This document shows positions 9,831 through 17,317 of a stretch of DNA of 64,000 bases, one piece after another. Under the pieces are notes generated by a model, which was given only the letters and a program-made list of their open reading frames with translations, did not search any database and was not told the origin of the DNA. A program made the position numbers and the translations under genes. The DNA is from Brevinema sp. (lineage in GTDB: Bacteria > Spirochaetota > Brevinematia > Brevinematales > Brevinemataceae), in the NCBI GenBank assembly GCA_051649605.1, contig JBOFHK010000025.1, forward strand, positions 40,956 to 104,955, written 5' to 3'. Every line of letters begins with the position of its first letter. Positions within the stretch are counted from its first letter, which is position 1.

Positions 9831-9866
9831 AATAACATCTCATTATTGATATAATGAGATGTTATT
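9831..9866 (-). terminator. Intercistronic 15-bp hairpin between ahpC and the reductase gene (probable partial terminator or attenuator)
   Basis: Perfect inverted repeat aataacatctcatta / taatgagatgttatt with a 6-nt loop. No clean U-run follows. Confidence 0.45.
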
Positions 9867-9875
9867 AATTAGAAA

Positions 9876-10457
9876 TTATTTTTTGCCAAAGAAATTTTCG
9901 ATACCAGCAGCACTAGTAGCCATTGCTTCATCACCAGGTTTCCAGTTTGCTGGACAAACTTCTCCATTTTTTTCAAAGAAAGACCAAGCATCAATAACGC
10001 GGATAGTTTCTTCTACAGAGCGTCCTAAAGGTTTGTCGTAAACTTGTTCCATACGGACAATGAAGTCTTTATCGATTAAGAAAGTACCTCTTAATGCTAC
10101 TCCCTCTTCTTCAATTAGAACGCCGTAATCTCGAGAAATTGATTTTGTTAAGTCAGCAACAATAGGATAAACAACATCTTCAATGCCTCCTTTAGCTCTA
10201 GGTGTTTTGAGCCAAGCAGAGTGAGCCATCACAGAATCTACAGAACATGAAATGACTTTTACTCCTCTTTTTTCAAATTCGGCAATACTATCACTAAAAG
10301 CATGTAATTCTGTTGGGCAAACAAAAGTGAAGTCTAAAGGATAAAAAAAGAATAAAATTAATTGTCCTTTATAATCAGACAAGCGAATATCTTTAACTTC
10401 GCCTTTTTCCACAGCTTGTGCGGTAAAATCTGGTGCAGGTTTATTAACTAAACTCAT
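9876..10457 (-). CDS. ahpC: Typical 2-Cys peroxiredoxin (alkyl hydroperoxide reductase C)
   Basis: FFFYPLDFTFVCPTE (peroxidatic Cys) and GEVCPANW (resolving Cys). The ATG at 10457 follows a GGAGGA RBS. Confidence 0.93.
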   Translation of the reverse strand: MSLVNKPAPDFTAQAVEKGEVKDIRLSDYKGQLILFFFYPLDFTFVCPTELHAFSDSIAEFEKRGVKVISCSVDSVMAHSAWLKTPRAKGGIEDVVYPIVADLTKSISRDYGVLIEEEGVALRGTFLIDKDFIVRMEQVYDKPLGRSVEETIRVIDAWSFFEKNGEVCPANWKPGDEAMATSAAGIENFFGKK

Positions 10458-10482
10458 ACATTCCTCCAAAATATTTAATTGA

Positions 10483-10509
10483 TTGTTATAACTAGTTGTA
10501 TTATAACAA
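10483..10509. promoter_or_regulatory. Candidate operator: 9-9-9 inverted repeat TTGTTATAA-N9-TTATAACAA in the ahpC leader
   Basis: Perfect inverted repeat between the predicted ahpC -10 element and its RBS. A third TTATAAC copy lies at 10521-10527. Confidence 0.4.
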
Positions 10510-10519
10510 CATTAGATAT

Positions 10520-10547
10520 ATTATAACATATAAATTTTATTTTGCAA
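10520..10547 (-). promoter_or_regulatory. Candidate sigma70-type ahpC promoter
   Basis: On the minus strand: TTGCAA, 16 nt, TATAAT. Confidence 0.5.
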
Positions 10548-10552
10548 TATTA

Positions 10553-10584
10553 TTACACTATTTAAAAATTACACTATTTAAAAA
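10553..10584. repeat. Perfect tandem direct repeat, 2 x 16 bp (TTACACTATTTAAAAA)
   Basis: Read directly. It lies just upstream of the predicted ahpC -35 element and just 3' of the phosphoesterase gene. Confidence 0.8.
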
Positions 10585-10590
10585 AATAAT

Positions 10591-11610
10591 TTATAAAATA
10601 TTTATATTTTCCTGCTGAAGGCGTTCAAAAAGAAAAGGAGCTAACTCATTTAATTCTTCAGAATAAGAATCTACAATCTTATCAACTAGTAATTTTCCAA
10701 AAGACGAATAAAGAATTTTAGGAGAAATTTGTGTTAATTTATCAGTATTCCAACGGATTTTTGCTAAATCAATACCATTTTTACTAAGAAAATGATTCCA
10801 GCGATTGATACATTCCGATAAGGAATATTGCGAATACAAAAGCCCTCCTTGAAGAACAATCTCTGTTTCACAATGAGAATTATTTTGGCTTTCTCTTACG
10901 GTATTCAAGAGTTTTTCTGCCACTTCCTCGGGGGAATCAATCACAGAAAGATGTACCGTCTTATATTCTACATAAGAAATCGGTAGCGTAATCCTCTCCA
11001 TCATCCAAGTATCTGTATCAATTAACGCAACAAAACGTAAGCCTTTATCTGTCTTACGCGTCTGCCTAGGAGCCCCAGGATTTACAATAAGTGTCCCATC
11101 CTCCCAGCGATCAAACCAGGTGTGGTAATGCCCCAATGCTGCATATTGATAACGTCCTGCAATATCATCAGCAAAAATAGGAAAATAAGAGTTAGTCTTT
11201 CCATATGTTCCGTGGGCAATGAGAATTGCAGGATCAAAACGAGGAATAGAAATATCGGATAACGACACGTCGGCTTGATAAGGAACACACACAAAATAAA
11301 TATGATCAATTAGAGCCACAGAATACGGTTTTGTATTAGCTACAATAACATTAGAAGCAAGTTCTGATCGATTATTTAAGTATTTCAAGTCATGATTCCC
11401 AGGAATTATTAACACTTCTCCTGAAAATTTTTCCCAAATAGGAAGTAAGGCATTTTCCAAGTCTCTACCTTGATTTGCCATATCAAATAAATCTCCTGCA
11501 ACAATAATAAGATCGACAGATTCTCGATTAGCCGTATAAATAATCGTTTCTAATACATTAATATGCTCTCTACCTTTAAGGTGAAGGTCTGCAGTATGTA
11601 ATATTCTCAT
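10591..11610 (-). CDS. Calcineurin-like metallophosphoesterase, SbcD/YhaO-like DNA repair exonuclease family
   Basis: MRILHTADLHL, VAGDLFD and PGNHD motifs. No SbcC-like ATPase gene is adjacent. Confidence 0.75.
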   Translation of the reverse strand: MRILHTADLHLKGREHINVLETIIYTANRESVDLIIVAGDLFDMANQGRDLENALLPIWEKFSGEVLIIPGNHDLKYLNNRSELASNVIVANTKPYSVALIDHIYFVCVPYQADVSLSDISIPRFDPAILIAHGTYGKTNSYFPIFADDIAGRYQYAALGHYHTWFDRWEDGTLIVNPGAPRQTRKTDKGLRFVALIDTDTWMMERITLPISYVEYKTVHLSVIDSPEEVAEKLLNTVRESQNNSHCETEIVLQGGLLYSQYSLSECINRWNHFLSKNGIDLAKIRWNTDKLTQISPKILYSSFGKLLVDKIVDSYSEELNELAPFLFERLQQENINIL

Positions 11611-11702
11611 AACGATTCCTTACTTTTAGATAATATACTTGCTTAATAAACAAAAATTTATTATAATAATGTTCGGAACAATAAAATTATAATTAAGGTT
11701 CT

Positions 11703-13349
11703 ATGAAAAAAATACCCCAAGCCCAAGAAATACAAAGTATCTTTACTCCAGAAACCAAAAATAATATCCCTGAAAATCCTGGTGTCTACCTTTACAAAGA
11801 TAGCACAGGTACTATTCTTTATATCGGAAAGGCAAACAATCTTCGAAAACGTGTTACTTCTTATTTTATTAAAAATCCTGTCTTTTTAAAAACTTATCTC
11901 TTAGTTCAACAGATTCATACGATTGACATTATCGTTGTCAATAGCGAAAGTGAAGCTTTATTTTTAGAAGCAACCTTGATCAAAAAACATCTTCCGAAAT
12001 TTAACATTACTTTTAAAGATGGTAAATTTTACCCTTACATTAAGATTACAACTGCAGAAAAGTTTCCTAGAATCTTTATTACTAGAAATAAATACGACGA
12101 TAAAAACCTCTACTTCGGCCCTTATATTAGTGCAGGTAGTGTCAGAGCCAATTTAGAAATCCTACAAAAAATGTTCAAACTTCGTGTCTGTCGGACGCTC
12201 CCCAAAAAAGAGTGTCTCGAATACCATATGAATCGTTGTTCTGCCCCCTGTATTAATAAAATTACTGAACAAGAGTACCTCCAATCAATTCAAGAAGCAA
12301 TCGATTTTTTATCTGGGGGACAAGAAAAACTCATCCATGAACTCCAAGAAAAAATGAAGCAGGCTTCTAAAGAGCTACTTTTTGAAAAAGCTCAAATTTA
12401 TAAAGAACAACTAGAGGCGTTATATAGCTTGGATAATAAACAACAGGTTTATTTATCTTCCGAAAAAAATATTGATATTATTGGTATCGAAGAAAGAATA
12501 GGGAATTTCAGTATTGTTGTTTCTTTAGTTAGACAAGGAAAATTATCTGGTAAAGAAGGTTTCATCGTCAAACAACAACCAGGTTCTTCCTTTACTACAT
12601 TAGATGTACTCGATGAATTTATCCGTAATCACTATCCCCACCATACGACTCACCAAATACTGATCAACCAATCATATAATGCAATCTGTGATGATCTAAA
12701 CCTTTGGTTCGAAGGTGAAGGATTAGAGATTCAAAGTATTTATGACAATCAATCCCAAGAATATGCTTTATTAAATTTAGCAGAAAAAAATGCCCGTATC
12801 CACTTGGAACAAACACTAAGTACTCCTGATATTCTTAATACACTACACCAACTCCAACAAGAGCTCCAACTCAAAAGCTTTCCCAGTAATATTGAAGGCT
12901 TTGATATTGCCAAATTAGACGGAACCCTTGCTTCTGGGGTCATGGTGCAATTCCAAGGCGGAGACCCTTACAAAAAAGGTTATCGTTTATTTAATATAAA
13001 AGCAGAAAATCAACAAGATGACTACATCGCCATGGAAGAAATAGTTTACCGACGTTATAAAAAGCTCCTCGAAGAAAAACAACAACTCCCCCAACTGATT
13101 GTTATTGATGGCGGTAAAGGACAATTATCCTCGGCAATTAAATCATTAAAAAGGTTAAATATTCATAATGTTGATATTCTTTCTATCGCAAAACAAGAAG
13201 AAGTAATTTTTACTCCCTCTCAAAAACAAGGGATCATCTTAGCAAAAAACTCTATTGTTCTTCATCTCATCCAGAGAATTCGAGATGAATCTCATCGATT
13301 TTCCCAATACCAGCTTCATAGACGTATGAACAAAAAAATGAAATCCTAA
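11703..13349 (+). CDS. uvrC: Excinuclease ABC subunit C, lacking the C-terminal (HhH)2 domain
   Basis: GIY-YIG (GVYLYKDSTGTILYIGKANNLRKRV), a UVR coiled-coil (LLFEKAQIYKEQLEAL), and an RNase H-like endonuclease domain ending in RDESHRF. The ORF stops about 15 aa later. Confidence 0.9.
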   Translation: MKKIPQAQEIQSIFTPETKNNIPENPGVYLYKDSTGTILYIGKANNLRKRVTSYFIKNPVFLKTYLLVQQIHTIDIIVVNSESEALFLEATLIKKHLPKFNITFKDGKFYPYIKITTAEKFPRIFITRNKYDDKNLYFGPYISAGSVRANLEILQKMFKLRVCRTLPKKECLEYHMNRCSAPCINKITEQEYLQSIQEAIDFLSGGQEKLIHELQEKMKQASKELLFEKAQIYKEQLEALYSLDNKQQVYLSSEKNIDIIGIEERIGNFSIVVSLVRQGKLSGKEGFIVKQQPGSSFTTLDVLDEFIRNHYPHHTTHQILINQSYNAICDDLNLWFEGEGLEIQSIYDNQSQEYALLNLAEKNARIHLEQTLSTPDILNTLHQLQQELQLKSFPSNIEGFDIAKLDGTLASGVMVQFQGGDPYKKGYRLFNIKAENQQDDYIAMEEIVYRRYKKLLEEKQQLPQLIVIDGGKGQLSSAIKSLKRLNIHNVDILSIAKQEEVIFTPSQKQGIILAKNSIVLHLIQRIRDESHRFSQYQLHRRMNKKMKS

Positions 13350-13352
13350 GCT

Positions 13353-13393
13353 AAAACGAAATCCCCTCGACAATGTCGAGGGGATTTCGTTTT
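13353..13393 (+). terminator. Rho-independent terminator of uvrC
   Basis: Long GC-containing hairpin aaaacgaaatcccctcgaca / tgtcgaggggatttcgtttt ending in a T-run. Confidence 0.85.
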
Positions 13394-13561
13394 AGGAGTA
13401 TGCAGTATGAAATCACTTGTAAGCATTTAAAATATACTATTATGTTTCTTAAACGACAAATAATTCTAAAAAAACAAGTTAAAATTTTGACAAAAGTTCA
13501 GAAAAAAAGGAAAATAAAATAATAAAAATATCGTTAACCACTAAATAACAAAGGAGCTAAC

Positions 13562-13924
13562 ATGCTGAAAACTTGTCTTAGTTATTATGGTATTGATAGA
13601 AGTACTTCTTTTGCACTACCTTTATACACTTTAGAAAAAATAGCATTCCAACAACACCCCAGTGGTTATAAGGCATCGAGCACACCTATTGTCTCTATGT
13701 CCTACCAAGATATTCAACAGCTATTACTACTTCAAAAAGTACCTAATAGTAATTCACTTATCCTCGAAATTTTCCGATACGCAGCTTTTTTCGGAATTAT
13801 TACTCATGTCATTATTTCCCCAGAATCTATCGAATGGAAATACAATCCCTACCATCAACGCGATTTATTTTTTTTCAAACTCAGGTTAGAATTAAGGCAA
13901 TATACTAAAATTTCATCATTGTAA
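13562..13924 (+). CDS. Hypothetical protein (120 aa)
   Basis: AAGGAG RBS 6 nt upstream of the ATG. No recognisable family. It sits alone in a long AT-rich gap. Confidence 0.4.
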   Translation: MLKTCLSYYGIDRSTSFALPLYTLEKIAFQQHPSGYKASSTPIVSMSYQDIQQLLLLQKVPNSNSLILEIFRYAAFFGIITHVIISPESIEWKYNPYHQRDLFFFKLRLELRQYTKISSL

Positions 13925-14085
13925 TCATCAATAAACCTCTTATTTTATCTAAGAAAATTAATTTTCCCACTTTATTGACGATTTTTTTAAATACAAATTA
14001 CCAGATAACATATGAAAAAAGCGTTAATTAATCCTACAAAAAAAATATTTTATCCACAAGAACTACTAAAAATAAATAAATATTC

Positions 14086-14116
14086 ATTGACAATTATTGT
14101 TCGTTTATGATATAAT
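14086..14116 (+). promoter_or_regulatory. Sigma70-type promoter (extended -10) of the riboswitch-btuB-like operon
   Basis: TTGACA, 19 nt, TATAAT, with a TG at the extended -10 position (TGATATAAT). Confidence 0.65.
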
Positions 14117-14139
14117 AGATTATATAAACATATAAAAGA

Positions 14140-14407
14140 CTTTTAAAAGTTAAAAGGGAAATCGGTTGAAGTCCGATGCGTTACCCGACACTGTAATTAG
14201 TCTAAGTAGATACAAAATACCATTCATATTACTATGGAGAAGGTGTATCTATATGCTAAAAGCCAGGAAACCTACTTTTATATGCTTAATATTATTTTTC
14301 CTCGGGTTTAAGGAAAATAGGTTATATCTGACAATCCACTCTATTTGATTGTATTGTTTTTTCTCCCTATATTTAAAATCCGAAAAGCATCGTCTTTTCG
14401 TTTTTTA
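14140..14407 (+). promoter_or_regulatory. Cobalamin (B12) riboswitch with intrinsic-terminator expression platform
   Basis: AGGGAA-ATCGG-TTGAAG-TCCGAT-GC..CCCGACACTGTAA core, CCATTC..ATGGAGAAGG, and a B12-box-like AAGCCAGGAAACCTAC. P1 is AAAAGT (14145-50) paired with ACTTTT (14274-79). Terminator hairpin cgaaaag/cttttcg plus a T7 run at 14381-14407. Confidence 0.85.
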
Positions 14408-14437
14408 CTTTAAACCCCTATATGCCTAGGAGTTTAA

Positions 14438-16243
14438 ATGTTATTCTTTCTCTTATTCTTTCTTCCCTTTACAATCTGGTCTCAAGACACGAATGCTATT
14501 CCTATTACATCAAATATCTCTCGAACAAATTATACAAGCCAAGAATACCGTCCTGGATTAAACTTTCAAAGTACGAGCATCACTCCTAATAGCTCTTCCG
14601 CTAATCTCATTAATTCTTCATCGATCAGTATCGAATATCCTGAAGTTGGGCGGATTGGCGCAATCCGATTAGATGGAGCAGTAACTCCACCCATTATGGC
14701 AATCGATGGTTTTTTAATTAAAGACCCTTCTATCCAACAAGGGCAAATCCTATTAGATCTTTTACCTCACGATTTTAGCAAAAGAGTAGATATTTATAAA
14801 CAGAATCTTGTCCCTTTCGGGATAAACGCAGGAAGTTTGATTGATTTTAGACTCCCTATCAATTTTGAACAGTCTACTTGTATTTCTTTACAAGCAGGAA
14901 CAACAGGTAATTTATATGCCAAGATCCAAGGAGAGATTCCTTTTAAAGATGGAACAACATTTTTTGGTGTTTTAGGGGATTTTGGATTTAAAGACTATTA
15001 TTATAGTATCAATGGAGGGAAGGATTTTGAGATTTATCCAAACTCTACTTTTAATCGTAGTTCTGCCCTTCTAAAAACAATATGGAAAAATTTAGAATTT
15101 TTAATTGCCCACACCTATACAGACGGATTTTCCGAAACAGGATCTTTTGCTTTAGATACACTCACACGAAATAATCTTATTACAGGGATACGGTATAACG
15201 CAGAAAAAATTATTTTTAGTGCTAATTATACCTTCTATAATCAATTAGTGCAAAACGAATTCTATACCAACGACTACCTCAATCACCAATTTAATATCCA
15301 AACAGGCATTAAAGACCAAATCAACAATTATTATTATCAGGTATTACTTGGTTATGAAATAAATAACGTTGAGGATGGAGCGAGGGCTTCTCATAAAAAT
15401 TATTTAGGGGTTCCACCATATGGAGAGCATTTTTTTAATCTCGTTACCGAATTTGGATTTTCTCTTTATCGAGAAGAAGACAATCCCACTCTCAATTTTG
15501 ATCTCCACTTTGCTTTAAATCAAATTTTATCCCTTACAGGATTATATACTCCTATTCCTATCCTCACCATGGGAATACGCCATCAAAACGGCGTCTACGC
15601 TTCCATTTATGTAAGCCGTATCTATGTCCTTCCTGATATCACTACAGCCTATGGGTTTGGCACACCAGAGCCATCAACCAATCGTACTATTCTCCCAAAA
15701 GATGGAGTACGATCAGGATTAGAACTAGGATTTAATAGACTCTTCGGACGTTTTTATACAAGTTTTTCCTATTCTTGGTTGGATAAAGGATTCCGTTTAG
15801 CAGAAGATAATCTAACCTTAGTAAACTCCGATAATGTTACTGCCTTATCTGCAGAAATCGGAATGGAATTAAAAACAATCCACCAAGCGAATATCTATAA
15901 AATGTATACATCATTTTCTTGGAATTATGAAAAAGACGATAGAAAGATATTTTCTTCCGTGATTCCTGTTTGGAAATGGATTACGATCCTCTCTGCAGGC
16001 GGAATAGACGACAACACATGGCTTACTGCCCTTAGCTACCGATTTACGGTGTGTACTCCTAGCGGAATAGGACTAGTTGATAAAAAACCAAGACATTACT
16101 TAGATTTAAATCTCCGTTATAAGTTTCTCGTTATCAATATTTTAAATTTAGCAAATCAATCTTATAGAGCAATACCAAACAATCCTTATTCCCCCTATAA
16201 CCCGGGTATTAGAGCGGAATTTGGAATAGAATATAAATTTTAA
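14438..16243 (+). CDS. TonB-dependent outer-membrane receptor, BtuB-like (cobalamin/corrinoid uptake inferred from the riboswitch)
   Basis: Signal peptide; a TonB-box-like DTNAIPITS; plug-like region (IRLDG...AIDGFLIKD...VDIYK); about 600 aa like BtuB; barrel ending in a terminal aromatic (...FGIEYKF). Confidence 0.75.
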   Translation: MLFFLLFFLPFTIWSQDTNAIPITSNISRTNYTSQEYRPGLNFQSTSITPNSSSANLINSSSISIEYPEVGRIGAIRLDGAVTPPIMAIDGFLIKDPSIQQGQILLDLLPHDFSKRVDIYKQNLVPFGINAGSLIDFRLPINFEQSTCISLQAGTTGNLYAKIQGEIPFKDGTTFFGVLGDFGFKDYYYSINGGKDFEIYPNSTFNRSSALLKTIWKNLEFLIAHTYTDGFSETGSFALDTLTRNNLITGIRYNAEKIIFSANYTFYNQLVQNEFYTNDYLNHQFNIQTGIKDQINNYYYQVLLGYEINNVEDGARASHKNYLGVPPYGEHFFNLVTEFGFSLYREEDNPTLNFDLHFALNQILSLTGLYTPIPILTMGIRHQNGVYASIYVSRIYVLPDITTAYGFGTPEPSTNRTILPKDGVRSGLELGFNRLFGRFYTSFSYSWLDKGFRLAEDNLTLVNSDNVTALSAEIGMELKTIHQANIYKMYTSFSWNYEKDDRKIFSSVIPVWKWITILSAGGIDDNTWLTALSYRFTVCTPSGIGLVDKKPRHYLDLNLRYKFLVINILNLANQSYRAIPNNPYSPYNPGIRAEFGIEYKF

Positions 16244-16252
16244 GGAAGATTT

Positions 16253-17245
16253 ATGAAAAACATATTGTCATTACTGTTTATTATTACAGTATCTTGTAGC
16301 GTTCAACCAGAAGGTACAATTAGGATTAACCAAGATCCCCAAGTACAAGCACAATATAAAGAAGCTTGGCTCGAACTAACAAAAAATATCACCGAAGCTT
16401 CCCCTTATTCAGGAATAGCTGACATTTGGGGAGGGGGAGATCTTAAGTTAGATTTCATTTTTGACGATCAAGGAACTCTCCGTAATAATTTTGATTTTGA
16501 TCCTGCTACATACTACGATCTCCATCCTCTTGTATCACAATACGAAAAATTTACAAATAGTAGTTTTTTAGATAAGAATACCGCTATTGTTTTCATGCCT
16601 AATTCTGCCAGTCCTGCACTAGAAGGTACTCTCTATATTCTAAGAATTTCTAATCAAACATTATACCGCACCAAATCAGCATCGGGGTTCGCTCATATAA
16701 ATTCTTGGGATGGGATCTCTATTGATACCAATAACTTAGTTGCTATTAGTACTTCAAAAACAAATCTAGAAAATGAAAAAGATCCAGAAATCGTTCCTCT
16801 TATTAATCAAGATCCCCAAATTCAATCACAATACAAAGAAGCTTGGCTCAAACTAACAAAAAATATTACCGAAACTTCACCATATTATGGAGAAGCAGAC
16901 ATTTGGGGTGGAGGAGCATTAAAATTACGTTTTCGCTTTGACGATAAAGGAAATCTTTGGAATTCTGATTTCAACCCAAATATTAATCAATGGTATATTC
17001 TACACAATCTCGTATCACAAGAGAAAAATTTTGAAAACAGCGCTTTTTTAGATGAGCGTACAGCTATTGTAGTGATACCAAGCTCTGCTAGTTACACTCT
17101 AGCAGGTACTCTTTATGTCCTAAGACTTTCCAATCAGACCCTATACCGCACAAAATCAGCCTGGGGATTTGATCACGTTAAATCTTGGGACGGAAAATCT
17201 GTTGATACCGATAATTTAATGGCTATCGGTACCCCAAAAATATAA
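16253..17245 (+). CDS. Lipoprotein made of two tandem homologous ~155-aa modules, unknown family
   Basis: Lipobox IITVSC. Module 1 starts at INQDPQVQAQYKEAWLELTKNITE and module 2 at INQDPQIQSQYKEAWLKLTKNITE. It starts 10 nt after the receptor stop, so it is in the same operon. Confidence 0.8.
   Translation: MKNILSLLFIITVSCSVQPEGTIRINQDPQVQAQYKEAWLELTKNITEASPYSGIADIWGGGDLKLDFIFDDQGTLRNNFDFDPATYYDLHPLVSQYEKFTNSSFLDKNTAIVFMPNSASPALEGTLYILRISNQTLYRTKSASGFAHINSWDGISIDTNNLVAISTSKTNLENEKDPEIVPLINQDPQIQSQYKEAWLKLTKNITETSPYYGEADIWGGGALKLRFRFDDKGNLWNSDFNPNINQWYILHNLVSQEKNFENSAFLDERTAIVVIPSSASYTLAGTLYVLRLSNQTLYRTKSAWGFDHVKSWDGKSVDTDNLMAIGTPKI
16325..17230 (+). repeat. Intragenic tandem duplication (period 477 nt) within the lipoprotein gene
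   Basis: The nucleotide and protein repeats can be read directly. Roughly two-thirds of hand-aligned residues are identical, with one small indel. Confidence 0.85.
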
Positions 17246-17263
17246 ACATCATATTTCTCAACA

Positions 17264-17308
17264 CAACAACAAAAAAGCTCTTTTTATAAAAGAGCTTTTT
17301 TGTTGTTG
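17264..17308. terminator. Bidirectional rho-independent terminator
   Basis: About 20-bp perfect hairpin caacaacaaaaaagctcttt / aaagagcttttttgttgttg between convergent genes. Confidence 0.8.
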
Positions 17309-17317
17309 TCAATGCTA

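Noticed and set aside
14049-14057. Perfect DnaA box TTATCCACA (another copy lies at 59694-59702)
   Set aside because: These are single isolated copies, one of them inside a CDS. There is no cluster, no adjacent AT-rich unwinding repeats and no dnaA gene. Chance occurrence is expected in AT-rich DNA.
14166-14348. 60-aa ORF in the track upstream of the TonB-dependent receptor gene
   Set aside because: It lies entirely inside the cobalamin riboswitch and its expression platform, has no RBS, and has an implausible composition. It is better explained as structured RNA.
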